Shown piece by piece: positions 8,091 to 16,232 of a DNA stretch of 40,176 nucleotides. Each line of letters starts with the position of its first letter. The stretch's first letter is position 1. The position numbers were made by a program, and so were the translations under genes. The stretch lies in the sequence record SRR31156797_292, one strand, 5' to 3'. A model generated the notes under the pieces. That model was not told where the DNA came from and did no database searches. It worked only from the letters and a program-made list of their open reading frames with translations.

Positions 8091-8927
8091 ATGAACAAAA
8101 AAAAGAATAACGAAATTAATCAAAAGATCGATAACGAGCTAAAGAAAGAAGCTTTAAAAGAAAAATATGGAGCTGCCTTTATGGGAGGAGAAAACACCCC
8201 GCCTCATATTGAAAGCGAATGGTTAAACTACATTGAAAAGTACGAAGAGCAATTCAATAAAAATGAGATAACAACTGTTTGGGAATTTATTGGCAAACCA
8301 TCTTACCCAAAAATATCAGAAATCACAACCGAAAAAACTGCTGCCGAACTTGATCGCCTGTTCCATGTTATGGCCGGGCACAATGTTTATCTGGACATTT
8401 CGTCTGAGGTGGAGGACAAAGAGCTTTATCGCTTTTTAACCGAAGAGCTTTTTGAAGAAGAAATAGATGATATTCGCATTTCGGGAATGTCGCATAATTT
8501 TATCTACGAAGAATTTTATCCAAATGCGGAACAGGATATTGAAATGGCTTATGAATACTTTTTTAATTCAACGCTAAATAAACGTAGAACTTTTGATGGA
8601 AAGGGTTATGATATGCTTTATATTGATAAAAACAACTACAAAAATGCAAATAATGAAAATATAGATAAAGATATAGTTATAAAAACAATAAGCAACTTTT
8701 TGGATTCTTTTGATTTCTTTGAAATAGTATCGAATGAAATCACACAATTAACTATAAATGAAGACAAAACAGACGCCCATTTAGATTTTAAAATCCAATA
8801 TAACGGGTGCTTTAAAACAAAAAAAGAATCTATTCAATTTAAGGGGAATGGAGTATTCAAACTCAAACCAGGCGAATACGGTGGCTGGGATATTTATCAT
8901 ATTCAATTGCCTGGGTTAAATCTATAA
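8091..8927 (+). CDS. Hypothetical protein (acidic, cytoplasmic)
   Basis: 278-aa ORF with an upstream promoter motif; no family recognised. Confidence 0.8.
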   Translation: MNKKKNNEINQKIDNELKKEALKEKYGAAFMGGENTPPHIESEWLNYIEKYEEQFNKNEITTVWEFIGKPSYPKISEITTEKTAAELDRLFHVMAGHNVYLDISSEVEDKELYRFLTEELFEEEIDDIRISGMSHNFIYEEFYPNAEQDIEMAYEYFFNSTLNKRRTFDGKGYDMLYIDKNNYKNANNENIDKDIVIKTISNFLDSFDFFEIVSNEITQLTINEDKTDAHLDFKIQYNGCFKTKKESIQFKGNGVFKLKPGEYGGWDIYHIQLPGLNL

Positions 8928-8945
8928 GATGATAAACGATATTTT

Positions 8946-9111
8946 TACTGCCAAGACAGTAATATCTACACTTCCTAACCTCTATACTTCAAAATTTGAG
9001 TTTAACAAGCTATTTATACCGTTAAGGCAGCAAAAAACATTAATTCTAATGAAATTAAATTGGCTAGCTAAAGAAATTCACATATATTTACTGTCTAAGC
9101 AGTAAATATAT
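8946..9111. promoter_or_regulatory. Three putative HipB operators, TACTG-N6-CAGTA
   Basis: tactg-ccaaga-cagta (8946-8961), taccg-ttaagg-cagca (9017-9032) and tactg-tctaag-cagta (9089-9104). The third extends to perfect 12-bp arms spanning 9082-9111. Confidence 0.75.
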
Positions 9112-9115
9112 CATC

Positions 9116-9346
9116 ATGAATAATCTTGGAGATATCATTAAATACCATAGAAAAAAGGCCGGACTAAGCCAAAAATCATTAGCTGAAGTGGCTGGTGTTG
9201 GCAAAACCGTCGTATTTGATATTGAAAAAGGAAAAGAAACCGTTCAGTTTAATTCAATTAAAAAAATTTTAAAGGCATTAAATATTAGTTTAGAATTCAC
9301 AAGCCCGTTAATGGATAAATATAATTCACAAAATGAGAAAAGCTAA
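9116..9346 (+). CDS. hipB: HipB-like Xre/Cro HTH transcriptional regulator
   Basis: RKKAGLSQKSLAEVAGVGKTVVFDIEKGK HTH; first gene of an overlapping three-gene operon. Confidence 0.88.
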   Translation: MNNLGDIIKYHRKKAGLSQKSLAEVAGVGKTVVFDIEKGKETVQFNSIKKILKALNISLEFTSPLMDKYNSQNEKS

Positions 9347-9644
9347 AGTATATATGCATAATGTATTGGCTGGTTATTTAACTGAGGTTGAAAGAAGTAA
9401 GCATTATAAGTTCACCTATGACAAAAACTATAATGGAGAACCTATCTCATTAACCATGCCACTTGAATTTAAAGAATTCTCTTATGATTCTTTCCCTCCT
9501 TTTTTTGATGGTCTTTTGCCTGAAGGCATACAACTTGATGGCATGTTAAGAATTAATAAAATTGATAAAGAAGATTATTTCAGTCAAATAATTGCAACAG
9601 GTGCAGATTTAGTAGGTGCAGTTAGTGTGGAGGAGATGCTATGA
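9333..9644 (+). CDS. hipS: HipA N-terminal-like protein (HipS-type antitoxin)
   Basis: MRKAKVY...AGYL, F.YD..Y, PISLTMP and FFDGLLPEG motifs of the HipA N-terminal (coupling) domain. Confidence 0.85.
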   Translation: MRKAKVYMHNVLAGYLTEVERSKHYKFTYDKNYNGEPISLTMPLEFKEFSYDSFPPFFDGLLPEGIQLDGMLRINKIDKEDYFSQIIATGADLVGAVSVEEML

Positions 9645-10567
9645 ATAAATGTCCAATCACATATGAAAAATGCGAAGGAAAATATTCTCAAAACGGTTTA
9701 AAGTATATTTCACGTAATCTTAAAGAATTAAATGATTTAGAATACTCTGCCGAAGAGCAAAGATTTGAAGCAGCAAAGCGTGCTACAAGAATGTCGATTC
9801 AAGGTGTACAACCTAAGTTGAGTGCTATTTTGAATATTCAAAAATCAAAATTTGAGATTGTAGATATAAAAGGGAAATATATTTTAAAACCTCAACATCA
9901 TATTTACCCTCAATTACCCGAAAACGAAGATTTAACAATGAAAATGGCTTCCAAATGTGGCATTAAAACGCCAATTCACGGAATGGTATATTCTAAGGAT
10001 GGATCTCTTTCCTATTTTATAAAAAGATATGACAGGACTGGCCAAAATAAAAAAATCCATGTAGAAGATTTTGCCCAACTAGCCGGGGCAAAAAGAGATA
10101 CCAAATATGATTATTCAATAGAAAAACTTATTAAGTTAATTGATGAAAATTGCACATTCCCGCAAATTGAAAAAATAGATTTTTTTAAGCGATTTATTTT
10201 TAATTTTTTGGTTGGTAATGAAGACATGCATCTTAAAAATTATTCGATCATTTCTCAAAATGACAAAATTGAATTATGTCCAGCTTATGATTTTTTAAAT
10301 TCAAGCATTGTTCTTGGAAAGGATGTAGAAGAAACTGCATTAACACTAAAAGGCAAAAAGAAAAACATGACAAAAGAAATTCTTATAGATTATTTAGGAT
10401 ATGAACGCTTAAAACTTAATCAAACCATAATTAATAAAAAAACTAATGAAATAAAGGTTGCTTTTTCAACATGGTTTGAACTTATTGACAATTCTTTTCT
10501 AAAACAAGACCTAAAAAATAAATATAAAGAATTATTAGAAAAAAGAATAGAATTACTTCAATTCTAA
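9641..10567 (+). CDS. hipT: HipA-family Ser/Thr kinase toxin (HipT-type)
   Basis: Gly-rich loop MSIQGVQPK, YILKP, ENE, KRYDR, HVEDFAQ, GNEDMHLKNYS and LCPAYD. Confidence 0.88.
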   Translation: MNKCPITYEKCEGKYSQNGLKYISRNLKELNDLEYSAEEQRFEAAKRATRMSIQGVQPKLSAILNIQKSKFEIVDIKGKYILKPQHHIYPQLPENEDLTMKMASKCGIKTPIHGMVYSKDGSLSYFIKRYDRTGQNKKIHVEDFAQLAGAKRDTKYDYSIEKLIKLIDENCTFPQIEKIDFFKRFIFNFLVGNEDMHLKNYSIISQNDKIELCPAYDFLNSSIVLGKDVEETALTLKGKKKNMTKEILIDYLGYERLKLNQTIINKKTNEIKVAFSTWFELIDNSFLKQDLKNKYKELLEKRIELLQF

Positions 10568-10620
10568 CACAACATTTATGTACAGATTAATTCAATTTAC
10601 GTGTGATTAGCTCGATAAAT

Positions 10621-12018
10621 CTATTTCCCGATGCAGAAGTTCTGAAAAATATGACCTAAAACGTCATCTGGAGTAATGGTTTGGCCTGTGATATCTGCTA
10701 TGAAATCAAGCACCTGGCGTATTTCAAAAGAGAGCAGGTCGCCGGGCAGGCCGTTTTGCAAACCCTCAATTATACGCTCAATTCCTTCGTGTATGCGCTG
10801 AAGAGCTTCCACATGGCGAATATTCGTAACCAAAATCTGGTCTTCATCTTCTAATCCGCGTGTGCCTTCGCGAACCAATTCTTTCACAAGCTGCTCAATG
10901 CCATGGTTCTCCTTTGCGGCAATGCTTATTACCTGCTCATCATTGAAATACTGCTCATATTGCTTTTGATTATGCTCTAGTAAATCAACTTTATTGGCCA
11001 CTGGTATAATTGGAGTATCCTTACCCATCCCGCTTTTTATTTTTTGTAAGGCATTTTGTACAACTTGCTCATCGGAACGGGCATCAAATAAATATAATAC
11101 AACGCGGGCTTTCGATATTTTTTTTAATGCTAATTCTATTCCCTTGCTTTCGATCTCATCAGTTGACTCACGAATTCCGGCAGTATCTATAAAACGAAAT
11201 TCGAAACCATCAATCACCATCGTATCTTCAATTACATCTCTGGTTGTCCCGGCAATATCACTCACTATAGCACGATCCTCATTTAGTAATCTATTAAGCA
11301 AAGTTGATTTTCCCACATTAGGTTCTCCCACAATGGCAACCGGAATACCATTTTTTATGGCATTACCCAATTCAAATGATTTTGCAAGACTCAAAACTTC
11401 TTTATCAACTTCTTCAAGCAACTCAAATAATTGACTGCGGTCTGCAAACTCCACATCCTCTTCGCTAAAATCCAACTCTAACTCAATTAAAGCAGTAAAA
11501 TCCATTAACCGAGTTCTTAGTTGCTCCAACTTGGAAGAAAACTCACCCTTCATCTGCCGCATAGCAACCTTGTGTGCCATTCGATTTCGTGAACTAATCA
11601 AATCTGCCACAGCCTCAGCTTGAGAAAGATCCATTTTACCATTCATAAAAGCTCTTTGTGTAAACTCCCCAGGCTTAGCAACCCTGGCTCCGGCACTAAC
11701 AAATACTTGTAGAATGCGATGCTGAATATACAATGACCCATGACATGCAATTTCAACCATGTCTTCTCCTGTATATGATTTTGGGTTGCCGAATTTGGTT
11801 ACCATCACTTCATCAATTATGTCGTCCTGATATACAAACCGGGCAAATATTTGATGGTTATTCTCTATTTCTAATAATGTTTTGGAATGAAGTTTTATAA
11901 ATTCAGATGCAATTTTTATAGCATTATCACCACTTAGCCTTATAATAGCTATCGCTCCTTCTCCTTGCGCTGTTGAAATAGCACAAATTGTATCATCAAA
12001 TTCTATTAGATTTCGCAT
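10621..12018 (-). CDS. mnmE: tRNA modification GTPase MnmE (TrmE)
   Basis: DTICAIST, SYTGED, GEFTQRAF.NGK.DL.QAE, GEPNVGKS, GTTRD, DTAG, NKVD and C-terminal FCIGK. Confidence 0.97.
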   Translation of the reverse strand: MRNLIEFDDTICAISTAQGEGAIAIIRLSGDNAIKIASEFIKLHSKTLLEIENNHQIFARFVYQDDIIDEVMVTKFGNPKSYTGEDMVEIACHGSLYIQHRILQVFVSAGARVAKPGEFTQRAFMNGKMDLSQAEAVADLISSRNRMAHKVAMRQMKGEFSSKLEQLRTRLMDFTALIELELDFSEEDVEFADRSQLFELLEEVDKEVLSLAKSFELGNAIKNGIPVAIVGEPNVGKSTLLNRLLNEDRAIVSDIAGTTRDVIEDTMVIDGFEFRFIDTAGIRESTDEIESKGIELALKKISKARVVLYLFDARSDEQVVQNALQKIKSGMGKDTPIIPVANKVDLLEHNQKQYEQYFNDEQVISIAAKENHGIEQLVKELVREGTRGLEDEDQILVTNIRHVEALQRIHEGIERIIEGLQNGLPGDLLSFEIRQVLDFIADITGQTITPDDVLGHIFQNFCIGK

Positions 12019-12027
12019 TTCTTTTTA

Positions 12028-13077
12028 TCAAACTATTGAATTATAATACTTAACTAATTCGTATACAATATAAATCACATAAACTCCAATCAAACTATAT
12101 CCTGCTTTCTTTCCCAATCGCCACTTGTTCATTAAAAATATGAGCAACATTAGTATAATACTACCCATCAATATTAAAGCTGATGTAAACAATGTCTCAT
12201 TTCCAACGTGAATGGGTTTATTATATAACGCTAAAAAAACAATCCATGGTAAACCAAGTCCGATTAACACATCAAAAACATTACTTCCAATAGCATTACT
12301 AATTCCCATATCACCTTTACCTTTTCGAGATACTATCACAGATGAAATAAGATCAGGAATAGATGTACCAGCGGCAAGAATAGTCAATGCAATTATTGCT
12401 TCCGGAATATTGAAAAAATGAGCAACTCCAATAGCACTCTCAACCAATGCCCAACTTAAAAAAGCAATTAGGGTAATACTCATTAGAAACCTAAACATAT
12501 AATGCTTGAAAGGAAACAATAAGTTGAAAATGACGGTTATTATATTTCCTTTTTCCACTACATCTTCTTCTAGAATATCTTCTTCTGGTTCATATTTAAC
12601 CCAATGTTTCCATTTCATTACAACCCAAACGTAGATAATATATAAGACCACGAAAAGTCCTGCTTCCCACCAAAGAATAGTACCATCAAGAAAGGCGAGG
12701 ATCAATACTGCCACACTCAACATATAAAACCCAAGATCGCGGATAACAGGTTTCCAGTTTATAACTGCAGTTCTGACTACTGCTACAGCGCCTGAAATAA
12801 CTAGCAAATTAAATAAAGCTGAACCAATGATAGTACCTACACCTATTTCACCATGCCCGCCTACTTCCCCACTTTCAGCAGGCGCAAAAACAGCGAACAA
12901 AGCAATAAAAAGCTCAGGCGCTGAAGATCCAACAGCCATTAACGTTGCTCCCGCCACATCCGAAGGCATAGCTAATTTTTTAGCTATCTTACCCAGAGCT
13001 GGGATAAAATATTTATCGCATATTACGCCCAACGCATAAAATGAGGCAAGCAATATCAGAATATGAACTACTATCAT
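12028..13077 (-). CDS. Calcium/sodium antiporter (CaCA family, YrbG/NCKX-like)
   Basis: Alpha-1 repeat GATLMAVGSSAPE...GSALFN and alpha-2 repeat AAGTSIPD...GSNVFD; many TM segments. Confidence 0.92.
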   Translation of the reverse strand: MIVVHILILLASFYALGVICDKYFIPALGKIAKKLAMPSDVAGATLMAVGSSAPELFIALFAVFAPAESGEVGGHGEIGVGTIIGSALFNLLVISGAVAVVRTAVINWKPVIRDLGFYMLSVAVLILAFLDGTILWWEAGLFVVLYIIYVWVVMKWKHWVKYEPEEDILEEDVVEKGNIITVIFNLLFPFKHYMFRFLMSITLIAFLSWALVESAIGVAHFFNIPEAIIALTILAAGTSIPDLISSVIVSRKGKGDMGISNAIGSNVFDVLIGLGLPWIVFLALYNKPIHVGNETLFTSALILMGSIILMLLIFLMNKWRLGKKAGYSLIGVYVIYIVYELVKYYNSIV

Positions 13078-13601
13078 TCTTTTCTCTTTAAATAAAACTT
13101 AATATACTTTTCTCTAAAACCTTCCAAATTTATCCATCCGGCTTCTTCCACACGACTAACAATTTCATTGCACCGAGGTTTAAAATCAGAAAGTATGCCA
13201 TTATATTTTAGGTACTCCAAACTTTTTAAAAATTGCGATTCAAAGCTTTTAAAAAAGGCTACATCCGTTCTACGCTGGTCAATTGTAAATAATATGGCGA
13301 TTTCTATGGCAAAAAGTCTCACATCTGCAATAACGTCAGCAGATACTCCTAAAAATTCTAATTCTTTGACTGCTTTCTGCCCAATACTTCTTCTGGCTTT
13401 TCTTCTTTTACCATGTACCGGAAAATATTCTTTACTTATCTTTGCTTTCCAGTCTTCAACTAGTCTTTCTTCTTTTGGACTTAATAAGAAATCATAGTAT
13501 TTTTTTACATCTTTTGATGTTTCATATAACTCAATAAGCTGTTCTTCTATTTCTTTTTTCTCAAGATTCGTTAAATATGCCTTCAGCTTTTGCTTTCCCA
13601 T
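13074..13601 (-). CDS. Conserved hypothetical helical protein (DUF6155-like)
   Basis: LKAYL..L.K.E..EQL.ELY....VK.YYDF...K.KIS.EYFP pattern; coupled to both neighbours. Confidence 0.65.
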   Translation of the reverse strand: MGKQKLKAYLTNLEKKEIEEQLIELYETSKDVKKYYDFLLSPKEERLVEDWKAKISKEYFPVHGKRRKARRSIGQKAVKELEFLGVSADVIADVRLFAIEIAILFTIDQRRTDVAFFKSFESQFLKSLEYLKYNGILSDFKPRCNEIVSRVEEAGWINLEGFREKYIKFYLKRKE

Positions 13602-14483
13602 TTATTTAGTTTTAAAATCTTTTGCAATAAAATTTTCAGAAAGTGTACACACATGACTTCCATATTGGACTCCTCTTTTTAGTGCATTTTCGAAATTTTT
13701 AATACTTTCTATAAAATGTGCTCCATACGACAAAATACCTGCAGTCGTAGCATCTCCAGCTCCCACTGTGCTAATAACATTAACGCCAGGCACCGGTATC
13801 TCAATTTTTTGATCATCATAAAAGGCATAAACATCATTTTCACCTCTTGTGATAGCGAATTTTTTAACACCTAATTCACTCAAAAAATGCGTCCACTGCT
13901 CTAGTCTTTCAAATCCAGTGATATGAGTAAGGTCTTCATCTGAAAGTTTCATAAAATCTGCATATTGAATGAGTGTTTTCACTCTGCAGAGCAGTTCCAC
14001 ATTAGCATAAATATCATGATTCCTAATATTTGGATCATATGCAATAAGCACATTATTATGCTTGGCTTCTTTTATTAATTCAATTACCAAATCAAAATTT
14101 TCTCCAGTTATGGCGAAAAAAGAACCAATCAAAAAAATATCAACCTCTGAAAAATCTACATCAATTTTTGCCCCTCTTAATCCTTCATCCCTGTAAAAAC
14201 TATATGTAGGCTTGCCACTATGATCCAGAAAGGCCAGAGCAACATTACTTTTAGCATGCTCCACACTCTTAAAGTATTGCGTTTCAACATTATTTTCTTT
14301 TAAAAATAACGCTGATTCATTTCCAATTTTGTCTATTGCCCTAAAACCGGCAAAAGCAACACTTACATTAGATCTACCAAGCGACACAGCTACATTAAAC
14401 ATGCTACCTCCAAAAACTGAAGATACAGGCTGACCATTACTGAAAATGATATCAAAAACTGATTCTCCTAGCGTAACTATCAT
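13602..14483 (-). CDS. PfkB family carbohydrate kinase (fructokinase-like)
   Basis: LGESVFD, GGSMFNVAVSLGR, YDPNIR, KLSDED and STVGAGDA. Confidence 0.92.
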   Translation of the reverse strand: MIVTLGESVFDIIFSNGQPVSSVFGGSMFNVAVSLGRSNVSVAFAGFRAIDKIGNESALFLKENNVETQYFKSVEHAKSNVALAFLDHSGKPTYSFYRDEGLRGAKIDVDFSEVDIFLIGSFFAITGENFDLVIELIKEAKHNNVLIAYDPNIRNHDIYANVELLCRVKTLIQYADFMKLSDEDLTHITGFERLEQWTHFLSELGVKKFAITRGENDVYAFYDDQKIEIPVPGVNVISTVGAGDATTAGILSYGAHFIESIKNFENALKRGVQYGSHVCTLSENFIAKDFKTK

Positions 14484-14571
14484 AATGTAAAATTAGCTAA
14501 TAATATAAATATCGCATGCCAACTTATATATTATTTAGTTGCTGAATGATGGTTCAATTAAATCGATTTAA

Positions 14572-14579
14572 TATCTTTG
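14572..14579 (+). promoter_or_regulatory. Bacteroidota -7 promoter element
   Basis: TATCTTTG 10 bp upstream of GTG 14590. Confidence 0.45.
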
Positions 14580-14589
14580 AAAACAAAAA

Positions 14590-15087
14590 GTGAAACATCT
14601 AATTATCATATCAACTATTATTTTAGCTCTTATTGGCTGCAAAGAAGAGGATAATTGTTTGGATTATTCTTCAAATTCAGGGCTAATAATAATGGAACAA
14701 AATATGGGCGAATGTTACAGTATAATGTCTGAAGACGAATACTTAATAACCTGTGATTCAGCATATAAAAAACTACCCGAAACGACCTATGATTCAATAC
14801 AAGAGACACTAGGATGTGGAGGTAATCCTGATAGGCCAACTATAAATTTTGATGATTACTATCTCTTAGGAGCTAAAACAATAGCTCAAGGCTGTTTAGT
14901 AACTTATGATAGAGATGTACAATATGACAGTATAACTAAGGAATTAGAATATACTGTAAATGTTCATCAATGCGGAAACTGCGACGACCGAAGGTATCAT
15001 ATGAATTGGGTATTAATAAAACATGATACTATTTTTCAAAATATTAGCTATAAGGTGCAAATAAACTATTATATTGAGTCAAATTAA
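14590..15087 (+). CDS. Cysteine-containing hypothetical lipoprotein
   Basis: Lipobox LIGC followed by KEED, like the Bacteroidota surface export signal. Several additional Cys; GTG start. Confidence 0.75.
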   Translation: MKHLIIISTIILALIGCKEEDNCLDYSSNSGLIIMEQNMGECYSIMSEDEYLITCDSAYKKLPETTYDSIQETLGCGGNPDRPTINFDDYYLLGAKTIAQGCLVTYDRDVQYDSITKELEYTVNVHQCGNCDDRRYHMNWVLIKHDTIFQNISYKVQINYYIESN

Positions 15088-15132
15088 TATTTCATTAACA
15101 CTAAACAACATTTAGTGCTAAACAAAATTTCT

Positions 15133-15140
15133 TATATTTG
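15133..15140 (+). promoter_or_regulatory. Bacteroidota -7 promoter element for siaB-siaC
   Basis: TATATTTG 27 bp upstream of ATG 15168. Confidence 0.55.
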
Positions 15141-15167
15141 TTTGATAGTAAAAGAAGTATTCAATAA

Positions 15168-15719
15168 ATGAGTTTTGATTTAGATAAATGGATTGCCGAA
15201 AAAGATAAAGGAAATATTGTGTTTTCTTTTAAAGGTGAATTATCTGAATCTATGCTCACAGAACTGCTACAAATAGTAGAGCAAAAGCTTGAAGAGGTTG
15301 AATTTAGTAGAAAAGTAAAAAAGAAAGTTTACAATGTAGCAATTGAATCACTTCAAAACCTATTTCATCATTCAGATCCTATATTCCTTAATGGAACGCA
15401 GAAAAAAAACATGAAATATTCAGTAATGTTTATAGAACATGATGAAAGTGGGTTTAAAGTTACCACTGGAAATTTTGTAAGTGAAGAAAAAACCGTATTT
15501 TTAAAGAAACATATTGAAAAAATAAATAGCTTTAATCGTGATGAACTAAAAATGATGTATAAAGATATACTCAACAACCAAAGCTTCAGTAAAAAAGGGG
15601 GTGGCGGATTAGGTTTAGTAGATATTGCGAGAAAAGCAGAGAGTAAAATCAAATATAATTTTTATTCTCACAAAAATTCAGTATCTTTTTTTGATTTTAG
15701 TATAGAGATTAAACAATAA
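15168..15719 (+). CDS. SiaB family protein kinase (single domain)
   Basis: SFKGEL, ESLQNLFHH, TGN, KINS...ELK..YK and KGGGGLGLVDIARK. Confidence 0.87.
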   Translation: MSFDLDKWIAEKDKGNIVFSFKGELSESMLTELLQIVEQKLEEVEFSRKVKKKVYNVAIESLQNLFHHSDPIFLNGTQKKNMKYSVMFIEHDESGFKVTTGNFVSEEKTVFLKKHIEKINSFNRDELKMMYKDILNNQSFSKKGGGGLGLVDIARKAESKIKYNFYSHKNSVSFFDFSIEIKQ

Positions 15720-15732
15720 ATGATTAGATGAT

Positions 15733-16113
15733 ATGGATCCAATAAAAATTGAAGGTACTCCAAAGACGCCAACAGTAAGTTTTGATGCAGATAAAGGGAG
15801 CATTGAAATTAAAGGCCGGTCAATTCCGGAAAACTCTATTGAGTTTTATAAACCACTTGTAGACTGGTTAGAGGAATATATGAAGTCTCCAAAAGAGATG
15901 ACAGAAGTTGATATTCAACTGGAGTATTTCAATACCAGTTCCTCTAAATGTATCCTTGATGTTTTCAAGAAACTTGAAGCAATGTACAAGGGCGGTAATG
16001 AGGTAGTTATAAACTGGCACTACGAAGAAGATGATGAAGATATGCTTGAAGCTGGTGAAGATTATCAATCTATCATTAAGATCCCTTTCAAAATGATGGA
16101 AATAGAAGACTAG
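15733..16113 (+). CDS. SiaC family regulatory phosphoprotein (DUF1987)
   Basis: GTPKTP, IKGRSIPENS.EFY.P...W, EYFNTSSSK and WHYEEDDEDMLEAGEDY. Confidence 0.9.
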   Translation: MDPIKIEGTPKTPTVSFDADKGSIEIKGRSIPENSIEFYKPLVDWLEEYMKSPKEMTEVDIQLEYFNTSSSKCILDVFKKLEAMYKGGNEVVINWHYEEDDEDMLEAGEDYQSIIKIPFKMMEIED

Positions 16114-16140
16114 TACATTTCTATTAAAAAAATATTTGTA

Positions 16141-16179
16141 TAGTCTCATTCGGTCATACCGGATGAGGCTATTATTTTT
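16141..16179. terminator. Hairpin/terminator between convergent siaC and ABC genes
   Basis: tagtctcattcggt-cat-accggatgaggcta forms a 14-bp stem with G:U pairs, followed by ttattttt. Confidence 0.7.
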
Positions 16180-16232
16180 ACATATCTAATAAAAGAAACT
16201 CCTCCTACTTGGTCAAAGCTTAAAAGAAAGTA

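Noticed and set aside
9333-10567. Frameshifted hipA pseudogene
   Set aside because: Both ORFs have proper starts, an ATGA overlap and intact kinase motifs, matching the natural split HipS/HipT organisation.
7447-10640. att direct repeat of the mnmE 3' end bounding an island
   Set aside because: I scanned the intergenic regions by eye and found no second copy of the mnmE terminal sequence and no integrase.
10994-11434. 146-aa plus-strand ORF and the other short antisense or alternate-frame ORFs in the track (e.g. 654-971, 3799-4230, 17401-17826, 27952-28329, 30921-31316)
   Set aside because: They lie within well-supported genes and have the atypical composition expected of shadow ORFs.
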